A DNA stretch of 63,665 bases, counting the filler, from Licmophora abbreviata (taxonomy: Eukaryota), in NCBI GenBank assembly GCA_900291995.1. It is 16 parts of 16 records of this genome, joined end to end, with 100 filler letters (N's around TTAATTAATTAA, not from the genome) between each part and the next. Parts side by side here need not be neighbours in the genome. Positions count along the whole stretch, not along the records: positions 42,445 to 49,143 come from OLMU01002101.1; positions 49,244 to 54,193 come from OLMU01002102.1; positions 54,294 to 55,653 come from OLMU01002103.1; positions 55,754 to 58,482 come from OLMU01002104.1; 12 more parts are not named here. One strand, given 5' to 3'. Within the stretch, counting starts at the first letter, position 1, and every line of letters starts with the position of its first letter. A model generated the notes under the pieces. It did no database searches, was not told the DNA's origin, and saw only the letters and a list, made by a program, of their open reading frames with translations. A program made the position numbers and the translations under genes. Positions 44,916 to 58,355 of this stretch are shown here, one piece after another.

Positions 44916-46400
44916 TCATCTTCCGCTCTGCTTGCTGTCGAGAGAAGCGTCTACCGACCCTCGTGATATTGACACATGCGGTGGCGTCAGCTACAGCGCG
45001 AACGGGAAAACATGATTGGTCAATGTCAGCGCGCTCAAAGTAATCCGCTACCCTCGAATCGTCAAGTCACCCTACCGCTCGTACGTACCTTACTCAATAG
45101 CTCAGAAGAGCTACTCGACTCATGCTCAGTGAAATCAAATAATGGAGGGAGAGGCTCTCCGCTGGGAAGCCTTGTGGATTCTTGTCGGAGTTCATCGAAA
45201 AAGGAGTGAGCACAGCCCTCCAATGGCTGGATACGGCGACCGGGCGTATACGCCAGAGTGCGTGCTATAAATTCCATGGCGTCGTCGGGAGTCTTATTGC
45301 GAAAAATCTTCTTCCACTGACATCCCTTGATCTGAGGAAACTTGAATTCAATATAGTTGGAGTTCATGGAGTTAAGTTCCTCTCGAGTAGGAGTGCCCAA
45401 AACCTTGATGATTTCGACAAGTTGGTCGACGCCCGAGTCCCCCGGAAATAGTGGTTGACCAAGAAGTAGTTCGGCTCCGACGCATCCCTGTGACCATATA
45501 TCAATGGCTGTCGTGTAATCGGTGGATCCGAAAATCAACTCCGGCGCGCGGTAGTAGCGAGAACAAATGTAGGAAACGTTCGGTTCGCCCCTGACGAGTG
45601 CCTTGGCACTTCCAAAGTCACATAGCTTGAGCTGCTGATTAGACGGATTGACCAAAAGATTCTGTGGTTTAATGTCTCTGTGGCAAATTCCGAGGCAGTG
45701 AATGTGAGCCAGTGCTCGTGAGAGCTGGTAGAGATAGAGCTTGACGTAAATGAGAGGAAGCTGGATCTTGTTCTTCTGGTGGAACCGACTGATAGAATAT
45801 ACCGTCTCTGGCACATACTCTAGCACGAGATTAAGATATAGCTCGTCAGCCTTCTCACCCTGCAGCAATTTGAGTGAGGTGGGATAGAATGCACAAGCAC
45901 GACAGGTGAGTGCAAAATGAGAACCGTAAAGATACCACAACGGAGCGACGCAATCAGCAACGTACCTGCGAATAAAAGCAGTGCTTGAGTCCGACGATAT
46001 TACTGTGCGGATCCTTGGTAAGCATTCGCATGATTTGCAGTTCTCTATTCTTGAATCGCTTGTCTTGCAAGACCTTCTTAATTGCGACAATTTCCCCTGT
46101 CTCGACGACCGTCGCTTGAAAGACCACCCCAAACGATCCATTCCCAATGACTCGTTCCGCCGAGTACGTCGTCTGCTGTTCTGTCGCACTGACTCTAGAA
46201 GGACTGTGAGGCTTGGGCGATTCTGGCTTTTCCCCGCTGCTCGCCGTGGCGCGTTTAGTCGTGTGGTAAGTTGATGACAGCTTGTTCTTGCCGGAATCTT
46301 GTTGCTGCCGAGGGGCTACCGCTGTTTCTGAAGTCGACGGACGTATCGACCCTGAATCAGACATGCTCGCGTGTGTGGTAGACGTCTGAATCGTGGACAT
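44916..46400 (-). CDS. GSK3: GSK3/shaggy-like kinase. Introns 45860-45965 and 44991-45088
   Basis: [57 protein letters not shown]. Confidence 0.97.
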
Positions 46401-47116
46401 GTACCGATCGTCGTCGTCTGAGAGCAAGAGAGACGAACGGACTTCAATATCTTGGCTGATCTAGATCTTTCGGACCTTCTCGGTCGACGCGAGCCAGTAT
46501 GCAGCCTTCGTAGAATCGTACGCAGCCCCGGGACCCTTAAACCGGTGGTATCACCCAGCGATACCTACACAAGGATGCCGTTTTTGGAGGCGCCAGGGAC
46601 CTTTTCTAATCAGTTTTTCAGTGACTTGACTCCTCAATCACAGAGCAACCTCCCCTCTGCAACAGAATGAGCTTCAACTCTCCGGAAAGGCGTCAATCGT
46701 TCGCTCTCATGGGAGTGACCACGGGCTGTCACTGTCTGCGTGAGCAGGAGGTCTTTGGCTGAGCCTGATCTCTGACACGCAGGCACGTGTAGAATCAGTA
46801 TGTAGTTCTACGTACACTCTGCGAGCTCCCAAAAGAGCTCGATTGCTCTCTACCAACACAGATCGCCGGGCAGACAGACCGCGACAGAGAACCCTTCCGC
46901 ACAACTTCCAGCCTGCCAATGAGTTCGTCTATAAAAGTTGTCTTCTTGTATCATGACCACTGTAGACTCTCTAGATGTTAAATGCTTTTCGTTTCTCTCT
47001 TGCGTTGTCTATCGATAATGCATCGATGGCTACGGGGGCAATACCCGTTTTCCAGATTCCAAGGCTTCTGGACGTATGTACAAACCAGCAACACTTCTTT
47101 ACAATCCATCACCAGT

Positions 47117-48803
47117 CTATTCCCACGTCCAGACAAGAGTTGGAACAGGAGCGCGCTTGTCTTCGTCGACGTGCTCCGGATGAAGCGTCGACACGGTCAC
47201 CTCACCCGGAAGCTTGACAAACTTTGAGATTTTGGATGCCTCCAAGGCAAACTTATCCAGACTCGTGGCCGACGACGACAAGAAATTCGGCATGACCAAG
47301 TACTGCCGCATCATCCGACCAGAATCATCCTTCTCTTGCTTCTGTTGACGCTTCGAGGCTTCCATTGCAAGATTGATAAAGACAAATTCGTATCCTTCGT
47401 CGACTTGATTCGTGTCGGACGTTGTAAACGTCGACGTTAGCACATCGAACTTGTCGTCGTGCTTGGAAATCCAATTCTGTGCCAAAATCATGGGCGTGAC
47501 GGTACTAATCTCATCCCCACCAAAGGCAGCTCCAATCGCATCGTAGAAATCTTCCTCTTCCTTCTTCTTGCGCGACTTGTCCTTGGTGGTTGCTGCTGAC
47601 TTTCCAAAGAGAGCCTCGAGTTTTTGAATGTCTTCGGGTGTGACCTTTTTGTCGCCTGTCGCAGCTGCTGCTGAAGCCTTTGTGGGAGGAGGCGATGCGA
47701 CCGTCAAGTCGGTTGGGGGCGCGGCTCGGACTTCTACTACGACTGTTGCATAGGGCGACCTCCTCGCTTGCATCCGTTTCTCCTTGTAGGCTTGCAGGTT
47801 GACATCGACCTCGCCGTTCTCGTCTTCTTCTTGCATTTCCTTCAAGACTTGTTCTGCCGTCTTTTCACCAAAGTTGGGGTGCAAGTGAGCGCAATTGACA
47901 GAGACACTATAATGATGGAGCAGCAGCAATAGTAGTAGTAGAGGAGCGCGAGGTGAGTACAAATCAGTAGCTGGAACAAGGGACACGTGATAAAGGTCAT
48001 GATAACGTACCTCCAATCACGTTCTTCGTCGTCGTCGTCATCATCATCATCATCTTCTTCTCCATAGAGTTGTTTCTCATCGAAACCCTTGGTAGTGTGT
48101 TGGGTTCGACGGCACATCCGTCACGTAGTCGCGCGCGTTGCGTCTCGCCGCATTGATGGCCTCGATGAGGCCGTCAAAGGTGGCAAAGGACTGGGTAAAG
48201 TCATCATTGGAGGGAACGACAATCACTTGCGTTTGTCGTAACGTGCGAACCTCGAACTGGTCGTTTCCTGAGGAGTACAAGGCAAGGTGAAAACGAAATG
48301 CATGTAAGAGACCTGATGCAATTCAAAATACACACACTCACACTCTAGTCGCCGAGTAGTCTACGAAACGCACCGACGCGTCGTTCTTCTTCCGCGTGTC
48401 CATGCGCCTCTCCTTGTTCTCGTGCTTCGCGAAGCCTCCGAAAGATATTGGAAACGATCATGCTGCCCTCGACTTGCTGTTCACAGACATAGGAGACTTC
48501 CTTGCGCGTGTAGGGATTGTTCTTGGAGGAGTTGGCCGACGTGAGAGTTTCACTGATCCACCTCTCGGTATTGGCAAGGACGCTAAAGACGTTGGAGTGC
48601 TCCTTGTTGGGAGGATCGTTGGAGGGTTCGTACATGAGCATGGCGTTCCGATTGAATGAAGGGGCGTTCTTTCGGGTGATGGCAGTGGCGGCCGTGAAGG
48701 AACTGGATCGAGACGATCCAGCAGCAGTCCAGGCCGATGCCATCCCTGGCAAGAAGAAGGCTGTCGTCGTTGTGACGGCCATGAAGTGCAAGGGAAGCTT
48801 CAT
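47117..48803 (-). CDS. Plastid-type protein of unknown function. Introns 48268-48373 and 47907-48010; apparent +1 frameshift at about 48080-48105
   Basis: ASA-W leader. Spliced exons read as protein. Two related motifs, HLHP...RRSPY and TLHP...KRAPVP. Confidence 0.7.
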
Positions 48804-49386
48804 TGTGTAGTAGATCGAGAAGTGGGATCAACGATAACGATATAAATGCAATTGAAGTACCAAGTACGCTTTCTGACTCTCTGATGCGGCTGTCACATCA
48901 TTGTTCTGATGATGAGAAGAGATCGAGAAAGAACCTCCATCATTCCGGCGGCGCGGCATTGGCCCAGTCGTGACGCCCTACAGAGGAATCAGTACACTTT
49001 ATACGGGCAGACATCAGAATTTCATTCCTTCCCGCACAAGCTGGCGGGCCATTAAATCTCTCGCAACTGCAACTTGCAAGTGGGACCGGGTTATCAACTT
49101 TGCACGCCGTCCTACAACTAATTCAGAATACGAAGTATGATACNNNNNNNNNNNNNNNNNNNNNNNNNNNNNNNNNNNNNNNNNNNNTTAATTAATTAAN
49201 NNNNNNNNNNNNNNNNNNNNNNNNNNNNNNNNNNNNNNNNNNNACTACAGCATAAAGTAACTTCTCTGAGGCTTGAGTGCCGGCCTAGCTATTGGTGTGT
49301 CGGTCGGACTACGAGAGTTCGCATTCGGCTAGGCAGTGTCACATAACGGATCGTAATGCAATCAATTTACTCTGCCATCAAGTAAG

Positions 49387-51454
49387 CTACCTAGAGATGC
49401 TGCGATAGTTACGCTCTAGTGTCGCCGTCCCATCGGATTCCAAAAGTCCCGTCGACGCATCCAACCCATCCTCCTCTTCGTCAAAATCACGACGCAACTC
49501 GGAATGGTGAATCCCATATCCAACGTAAAACAACAGCCCCATTCCAAGCCAACTGAAAATGAGCGACCACGTCTCGGACGGCATGGACCCCATCATGTAC
49601 GCGTTGCAGACAATACCCAACAGCGGCACGGTCGGTACCATGGGACATGCGAATGTTTCCGGTGGAGGGTAATACCGCGGCAACGAGAAGAGTGCAACCG
49701 TGCAACCCACAAGTACAAATACGCATAGCATTGTAGCAATCCATGCCAAGGGCCAGACTCGCGACACGCTTGCTGACGCAGCCAAGGCACTCGTTGTGAA
49801 CCATACAAGGAGCCAAATAACAGTTGGTTTTCTCAAGCCATCCTCATCACCCTCGCAGTCCTCTGCAGAACAGCTAGTAATAGTAGACGTGACGGCATCA
49901 GTCCGCGTAGTTGTGTTTCGGATACTACTACGTATCTCTTCCGAAGTCTGGTCGACGAGACCAAGCGTGCGAGCTACCGCTGCAGCTCCTGGACCCGTCA
50001 CGGGCGGTGGATGCGGCTGCACTGCCGTCGTAGCAAGAGACACGGATTCCAAACTTGACGGTTCAAGACGCAGCAGAATGACCCCCGCGTCTACAAAGGT
50101 AAAGACCATGAGCGTTCCCAAGGATATTGCATTCGCCAAGGATTCCAAATCGATGAGACACGCAACAATGGATGTGCATACACCCGTGAGGAGCGTCCCC
50201 ACGGTCGGGACTCCAGTATCGGGGTTCACCTGACTATAGATCTTGAAGAGCAGTCCATCCTTGGACATGCTGTAGAATATTCTGGGTTGTCCCATCAAAC
50301 AGGTAAAGGTCGCTGTCGTCAAGCCAAAGATGGCACCAAACGAAACCATGCGACTTCCAACAAAGAGTAGCCTGTGATGGACGGGTTCGCAACCGTACGA
50401 GAGGCATGTTGTGGCGGCATCGTCGAGCAACTGCTCGTGGTGACTGCAGCATGCATTCGCCAACAGAGCATTGACGATGGGAATATCTTCTCCCAGCAAC
50501 GATGCAGGGGTCATGCCGACAACGACGACCGCAATTGCAAAGTATATGCCCATGGAAACGGCAAGCGAACCAATAATTCCAATTGGCATGTTCCGCTCCG
50601 GTGCTTTGACTTCTTCTGACAGACAGGATACCATGTCGAATCCCAGATAAGCGAAAAAGACAAGCCCGGCTCCCTCAGCCATTCCTGTCACACCATGTGG
50701 AAAGACATGGTACAAATTGGTGCTATCGACGACCCCGACTCCAGATAACAAGACAAAGCAGAGCACCGATAGGTTCAGAAGAGTCACTGGGAGAAAAAGA
50801 GTGAAGTGTGAGCAGTCCGTCACAGAGGATGAGATACATTAGTTTGAGCCAGTACTCACTGATTGTGTTGAATCGCGCACTCTCTTTCACTCCCGTCACT
50901 AGAACCAAGGTGCAGAATGCAATGATAAGCATGGAAAGGGGGCAGCACGTGTAATCAGCCCCAAGGAGTGGTACAGGGAACTTGGTCAGCAAATCCAAAT
51001 TGGTCACCCCGCAACCTGACAGAAACCCTGTCAAATACTCAGCCCAGCTTCTCGCAACGACAGCGGCAGAGATGGCATAGCCCAGCGTTAAGTTCCACCC
51101 CACGAGCCAGCCGCTGAGTTCCCCAAAGGCAACGTAAACGAATGTGTATGCGCTGCCAGCGGTTTGCACTCGAGCGGCAAATTCGGAATATGCGAGACTG
51201 GTGAAACAACAAGCTACCCCAGCCACTGCGAAGGACAGCGCAATAGAAGGACCGGCTGTGCGAGCACCAATTCCAACCAACGAGTAGATTCCTGCCCCGA
51301 CACTACAGCCGACCCCGTAGAAGATCAAGTCCGTCGCCGTCAAGTGACGTTTTAACTGCGTTGTCGACGACTCATCCTCCGAGCTCACAGTATTAGTGAC
51401 ATCCAAAGGACGTCGCCGAGACAAGGCCTCCCATGTGAATGACGAGAGCTGCAT
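49387..51454 (-). CDS. APC-superfamily cationic amino acid transporter (CAT-like). Intron 50787-50859
   Basis: GVG..VGAGIY, AGP, Y.EFAAR...AGSAY, FFAY.GFD, EEVK.P.RN.P.GI, QPRI..SMSKDGLL, F.CP.VP. Confidence 0.93.
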
Positions 51455-52082
51455 AGCATCGTGCCTTCAAGCCATTGACAGTTTCAATGTCGGCGGGCCA
51501 TCGTCGAGAGAAGAGCGGCGATGCGTTCACATCATGAGCATCATCACATCAACACTCGTCGTCGTCGTCGCTGACGCGTCTGTCGGCCGGTCGTGTGGAT
51601 GTCGCCGAAGCGTTTGTTGGGACGACGAGTTGTGAGCGACTAGCCAAAAGAATAGTATTGCAAGCGATGTCAAAGTGCAGTATCATAAGTTGGAAGTAGG
51701 CTTTTGCCAGCACAGTTCTGTGAAGCCAGAAAGCTTTACACAAGTTTAGTCTATTAGCGTAAGCAAATTGTATTCGCATGAGGCCATCACAATCTGTAGT
51801 TTGTTCAAAGCACGAATCCTGCCAAAGCAAGTACTGTCCATGACTGAGATGCGCAAACGAAACGAATACGCCCCACTTGACGGTCGAGTTGCTTTTCATC
51901 TGAGAACAGAGGTTTAGGGTCTCTACGGAGCACTTCAGCCGAAGGCCGTCAAGATTCAAGATGACGTTAACGACGACTCCTTTGGTCACGGCAACGCACA
52001 TACAACATGGCGTTCTGTCTGTAGTTCAATGACGTAAAGCGCTTTAGGAGTCAGGTTTCGCCAAGAATCTCGTCTCCGATCC

Positions 52083-52472
52083 TCAAATGGTCCCTCCAGG
52101 TTCGTAGAGTCCAAGCATGTGTCCATCAGGAGCTCGCATGGCGGCGACCTTGCCATGTGCTGGGTACTGGATGGGGCCGTCGAGGTGCGCCCCCATCTGC
52201 ATACACTGAACAATCGTACTGTCCATATCTCCAACTTCAAAGGACAAAATCGGCGACGAGGCAGTGCTCAGCTGCGCTTCGGTCGAGACGGCTTGTAGAT
52301 TCAGACTAACGGAATTGGCACAGGTGAGTTCGGCCCATTCATCCGTGTGTCGGACAACTGCCAATCCCAACGCCTTGTGATAAAATTCTACCGCACGACT
52401 GACGCCCTCAGAGCCTCGCACCATCAGAATGGTACGCGTCAAGCGTGCTCCAGCAGCGGCTGAGACCGTCAT
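52083..52472 (-). CDS. Glyoxalase/VOC-fold protein
   Basis: RAVEFY.KALGL, LSFEV.DMD, GPIQYP.HGKVA..R.PDGHM.GLYEP. Confidence 0.85.
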   Translation of the reverse strand: MTVSAAAGARLTRTILMVRGSEGVSRAVEFYHKALGLAVVRHTDEWAELTCANSVSLNLQAVSTEAQLSTASSPILSFEVGDMDSTIVQCMQMGAHLDGPIQYPAHGKVAAMRAPDGHMLGLYEPGGTI

Positions 52473-52647
52473 GGCCACAGCAACTGGAATGCGATGGCGA
52501 AGACTGAAGCGTTTGAAAAAAAGTCCGCCGCGGGACGGACCATGAAGAAACAATTCCGGGTTCTAAAACGTCCGTCCGTCCATCCATCCAATTCGAAAAG
52601 ATCTGCTGCATCGCGACGCTATTTTCTATTTTTAGACACGCCGCACC

Positions 52648-55600
52648 ATGACGACGCCTCCACCGGCCAAACTCAAGACCTACCTGGGAAGATTCAAAGA
52701 AGTATTACTGGACAGTGGAATCAATTCGGTGCAGGTGTGTCTCCAAGGGCTCTTGGCAGCCGAACTCGTTCAACGCGGAGTTCTCGTGAATGTCTCTGAT
52801 GTGACGGACGACGACAGTACCAAGTTGCGGGATGCTGTGATGTCGACAGCTGGTCGTCCCTTACTGGACCCAGCAACGACCAGCATTCCGAAACCGTTGT
52901 TAGCAGCGGCATCGGCATGTGCAGGAATGGTGTGTGAGCAGTGCGCTTCTCTACTGGTACAGCAACGCGAACCGAATCAAGCAGTGATGGCATTCAGCGA
53001 TGTCAACTTGAAAGAGTTGACCCGTCGCTTCCAAGAGGTGGATGATGTGAGGTTGGCCTGTCTAATGGTAATAGTCTGCGACAAAGAATTGAATGAGCAA
53101 AGTCAAGCACAAAGAACTCGAGCCAATCTTGTCTGGACGATGGCCCAAGGCTACTACTGGCGCGCCGCGATGTTTCAACCGGATCCTCCGCAAATGTGGA
53201 AAAAGAGCCTCGATGCCATCGTGTCGCGCACAAACGGTCGCGGTGACGCACTAGAAGCGCTTGACGCCTCGTTACCGCTCTTGCGGCTCATGGATATAGC
53301 CCATAAAAAGGGTAACGAAAAGCGCGTAGCCGAGCTGTCGCTGCGGCTTGCCGAGAGCTTCCTGTCGGAGCAAGAAGAGCTGGGCGATGCCGAGAGGAAA
53401 GTTGTGGAAGCATTTGTGGATCCCTATCGACAAGAGAAGTCGCAACTTTCGACTTTAGCGAGTGCACGAGCAGCGCTGGAGCGATTCAATATAACCTTGA
53501 TCGGGTCGCAGGACGAGAGCGCGGTGTTGTGGTACAAAATGCTGTATCTACGCATCGAACAGTCGCACGAAGACAAACTGGTGGAGGAAGAGACGCGTGA
53601 AATACAAATGAGCGCCAAAAATAGAGGATTGCCAGTGTCTACTGTTGATTCTTACCAGAAGGCGCACTTGAAGGTGTGGCGTGAAACTTTTATGAATAAT
53701 GCGGTGGATGCAACTGCCTGCAGTCTTCGGGACCACATAATAGCGTCGACCGATACCATCCAAGCGACAAATCCTCATGGCGCGCAGGCAAGATTACTCT
53801 TATCCAAGCAAAACCAGCGTCTGATGAATCGCGCTCGAGCAATGTCGATAGCCGCGTCATCTTCGAAGCCGACGGTGACGCGAGATGACTCCGAGTCGGC
53901 GTGGCATGCCGTCTCACACCTTGCTGGTCCGATTATTGCAAGCCTAAAGGAGAGCTTCGATGTTCACAAGTCGAAACCGCATGAGTTTTTAGAATTACAG
54001 TCGCCAGCGAGAGTTCGGTTGATCCAGACATCAGCGATGGTGTTGAGTTGTCATTTGTGGATGACTTGTGCGGGGCAGTCTTCTGTGCAAACGTGGAGTA
54101 GTACCGAAAGTCTCAGGTTCCTAGCTGACCTATTAGGAGGCATTCTAGTGATGAAGCGCTCCGAAAACTTGCAGGAAGAAGGTGTCGTCAAATNNNNNNN
54201 NNNNNNNNNNNNNNNNNNNNNNNNNNNNNNNNNNNNNTTAATTAATTAANNNNNNNNNNNNNNNNNNNNNNNNNNNNNNNNNNNNNNNNNNNNCAATGTC
54301 GATAGCCGCGTCGTCTTCGAAGCCGACGGTGACGCGAGATGACTCTGAGTCGGCGTGGCATGCCGTCTCACACCTTGCTGGTCCGATTATTGCAAGCCTA
54401 AAGGAGAGATTCAATGTTCACAAGTCGAAACCGCATGAGTTTTTAGAATTACAGTCGCCAGCGAGTGTTCGGTTGATCCAGACATCAGCGATGGTGTTGA
54501 GTTGTCATTTGTGGATGACTTGTGCGGGGCAGTCTTCTGTGCAAACGTTGAGTAGTACCGAAATTCTCAGGTTCCTAGCTGACCTATTAAGAGGCATTCT
54601 AGTGATTAAGCGCTCCGAAAACTTGCAGGAAGAAGATGTCGTCAAATCGTCACAAGACGAGAAGATGAGCTCGATCTACGAACTGGAATGTGCACATGCA
54701 TCTGTCTCGTCGCTCGCTTCTCTAGCAGAGGACGGGTCTTCAAGACAGCTGTATTCTGTGGAGAACGCCGTTGAAATGTCGGAAAAAGGCGATAAGTACT
54801 CCCGATTTCAAGGGCAGTATGGGACGTCGTACCTACACTTCCTCATCTGCTGGTCAGGCCTACTCCGATCGCCATGGCCCTTCTGCAACATTAGTCAAGC
54901 GCGTGTCATCATTTGCCAGGCGAAGCAATGCTTATATACTGCTTCCAAGGAGTGGGGAAGACAAAAGAGATGTCTTGAGAACATATTGCTCGATATCGGT
55001 GAAGCCGATGCCGAAAGTGGGTACCTCGGTGGGGGGCTTGCTCGCATCGCGGTAGATAAATATCAGGCAGGCATCCGCAACATTGAGGGTGGGATCGAGT
55101 CATCAAGTCTTGCTCTCTCTTGTGTGCTCCGATCGCATTGTCTTTGTGGCATGGCGGGCATTACGGACGATGTTACACAGAGCAAAGGGGCGTGCATAAC
55201 AGCCGAAAGGCTGTCGAAGGAGTCTCTCGATGAAGCCTACAAAGCTGAAAGGAGCGTGTCGGACGAGCCCATTTATGTCTGGAGATCGCCTTCTGCGATT
55301 GGAGCTGCTTCAAAATATCACATAAGTGCTGCTCGACAGCAAATGGCTGAATGTCTGGTGCGTTCTGGTCAACCAGCCGACGCCGAGGAGTTGTTCAACG
55401 CCGCGGCACGGGATTCTCCGCTCGACTTTGACGCCGCGCTCGCTCTTGGTGCTTTTCGTCTACGGATGGCCTTTTATGTGCTTTCAGAGGACAAGTTATC
55501 GTCTGAGACTGAAAATCAAGCTCGACTCCAGTTACTAAGAGCCGCCAAACTGAACTCGCAGAAGGCGTACCCATTCGCCCTTTTTGGGCGTTTGGTACGA

Positions 55601-58116
55601 GCAAAAAGAAGACCTGAAACGAGCTGTCGGCTGCTATTCGAAAGCCCTTCTGTNNNNNNNNNNNNNNNNNNNNNNNNNNNNNNNNNNNNNNNNNNNNTTA
55701 ATTAATTAANNNNNNNNNNNNNNNNNNNNNNNNNNNNNNNNNNNNNNNNNNNNCGGTTGCTATTCGAAAGCCCTTCTGTTGGACCCATGCAATCCGGTTG
55801 CGGGTAGAGGACTGCTTCGACTTTCAAACTCGACAGAGACAAGAGCTGTGTGTGAGACCGCTACCAACATGGTTTCATCGACGAACGGATGGGCGTGGGG
55901 TGCTCTGGGCAGAGAGAAAGCCCTTGTGGATGGCAGGGATGGCCTTGCCGCCATCTGTTTTCACAAGGCTCTGCGGTGTAAGGACATTGAGAATCCTGGG
56001 AACGCGGCATTTGGATCTTTCTTTCAGTCTCCATCTGAGCAACGCGATGTCTCCTGCCTACTTATTGAGCAAGCGCGTGTGTGGGTTGATCTCGCGCAGT
56101 CGTACCGTCGCCTTGGGCGGTACTCGGCCTCTGTCCGTGCCTTTGACTCGGCGTGGCAACTAGTAAAAGAACGGATGTCGTCTATCGCTCTCTGCTCGTG
56201 GGCGCAAGGTAAGAGCAGGATTTTGTTAAGAAGCATTTCATGACGTATCAATCGGACATACACCATTCTAACGAATGGCGCTTCTTTATTCTCGTACAAA
56301 ATCAGTTGAGCTTGAACTTGGTCTGTTTCAAGACGCAATCGAAAAGCTTGATTTGGTTATGAATCGAGATGACGCATCCATAACGGTAGCGGCACATGGG
56401 CAAGCGATTGCCTGCTTGTCCGTGGCACAACGAGACGCGCAAGACGGAAAGCATGGATCTGCCTACTCTCTCATGTCTCGTGGCATCCAGTGCATCAAAC
56501 ACCACTTCCTCGACAACAGAGATGCGAACGTACCCTCTTCCGAATATAGATGCGGATGGAAAACGCTAGGTGATCTATATTCTTTCGGAGCCTTCCTCCC
56601 TCCCGATGTCTTTGAGGATGGCTCCGCCATGATAGATGACTTCGAAGCGTTCATTGAGCACCTTCTGCGTTCTCAACTTGAGCTTGTTTCCCTTGGTGAA
56701 AAGGCGTATCTGGAGGCCGGAAAGAAGGACGTTGGCGAAACTGAAGACGAAATTCGAGTCTCACGGGCTTCTAGTCTGTGCGACCTTGGCTCTAACTTGC
56801 TTTTGCAAGCCCAGATTCTGGTTACACTGTTTGGTGAAGGTCGTGGACGGAACACTTCACTATGGGACATAATTGCCGACCACGACGAAGTTAGAGATCG
56901 CTACCAATGCGCAGCTCAAGCCTTTGAACGTGCGCTCGAAGCCAATCCCACTTTTGGACCTGCCTGGTGTGGAATAGGATGTGCCGTCCTGGGAACGCAG
57001 CCTCTGCTGGCGCAGCATGCGCTCAGCACCTCACTGATACTCGACAAGACACTTGCTGACTCGTGGTCGAATCTCGGTTTCTTGTACGCCAACTACCAAG
57101 AGTTCGGAGCAAGTGCTGAAGTGCTAGACTCTTTGACACAGGCCGCCGATAGTCCTATGATGTGGATCGGACGAGCGATCATGCTAGAGTGGGAGACCTA
57201 TGATGCTCCTGACTCGAAAGACGTTGCTTTTATTGCATCGCGAGCAGCAGACGCATACCGTGCGGCGTTGCAGGTGACGAAACACCCGAGCGCTGTACTT
57301 GGACTATCTCTAGCATGTCGACGAGACTCGGGATCTTCTAGTCTCGCCGACGAGAAAGCCCGGCTGGATAGCCACGGCTACATGTCCGAATATCTCGGAT
57401 GTACCTCCGCAACCAACTCCTCCGCATCACTGCTCGGCGCGGTAATGCTCGTCGAGGATGGAGTTGCGAAATCGTCAGAATCCAGTGTCTCGTGGGCCGA
57501 TCAAGTGATTCGAGAAGGCGGTGATGCGATGCGGAGACAGGAGGATCTGGCGGCGAACTATGATGGCGTCGACGGCCCCGCAATTTCCAAGCTCCAACAA
57601 CACGTGTCGTCGCTTATGGCGGCGGGTGAAGCAGCTGTATCCGCGTCGTCACCTGTCATGGTAGACTCCACAGACCACAGTTTGGCTCGACAGATTGTTC
57701 ATGACCCCGAAAACGGCAAGATCTGGCTTCAGTTCGCCAAATCTCTTGCGATGAACGCAGCCGAACTCTCGGGCTCAACGAAGAACCGTAAGTTGATTCA
57801 GGAAGCTACTCAGAATGCAAGTCTGGCAGCAAACCGAGCTGTGTCGTTGTTGTTGAGGCAAGCTGCGGAACCCACCGTCGTCAAGGAATCATCAAAGGCC
57901 ATTCCTCAAACCGTCCGCGCTCAAGATGTCTCGGAAGCTTTGTCGCTGGCGCACTGGCTGAAGCAATCCAACGAGAAGGATGTTCGTTCGGATGAGGACA
58001 TGGTGGAACGTTCATCGACACTTGACCTTCAGAAAGCATTCTTTCTTTGTCCCGACAATGCCTTTGCGAGACAGGCGATGCTGTTGCACTCTCCCATTGT
58101 CGACGAAGGTCAATAG
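52648..58116 (+). CDS. SKI3: SKI3/TTC37-like TPR protein; spans two gaps, intron about 56208-56305, apparent frameshift at about 55581-55585
   Basis: TPR blocks GWAW..LG, W.DL..SY..LGRY, W.TLGD, LAQHAL, WSNLGFLY, MW.G.A. Confidence 0.7.
53840..54647 (+). repeat. Near-identical 354-nt duplicate on either side of a gap (53840-54193 vs 54294-54647)
   Basis: Direct comparison shows 10 substitutions and no indels. Confidence 0.9.
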
Positions 58117-58355
58117 AAGAAAATGGGTGGGTTGCACACGTACAGGGCGGATCTGTGAACCTTGTCTCGTAATAGCATCGCTCCAATCTTATATAATTGC
58201 ACAAAAAATTACCATCATGCTATGGTAACTTTAGAACTAGTTAACCCTTATTATTAGTCTACCGGTATGGTTGGTTCGCGTGTCGTGCATTACAACAGTT
58301 CAAGTACATCATGATACAAACAAAAGCGACGAATACCAAATGTTGGGAGTATGTC

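Noticed and set aside
55575..55590. CCCTTTT as a programmed frameshift site
   Set aside because: The motif is a -1 type but a +1 shift is needed; it is a homopolymer near a contig end.
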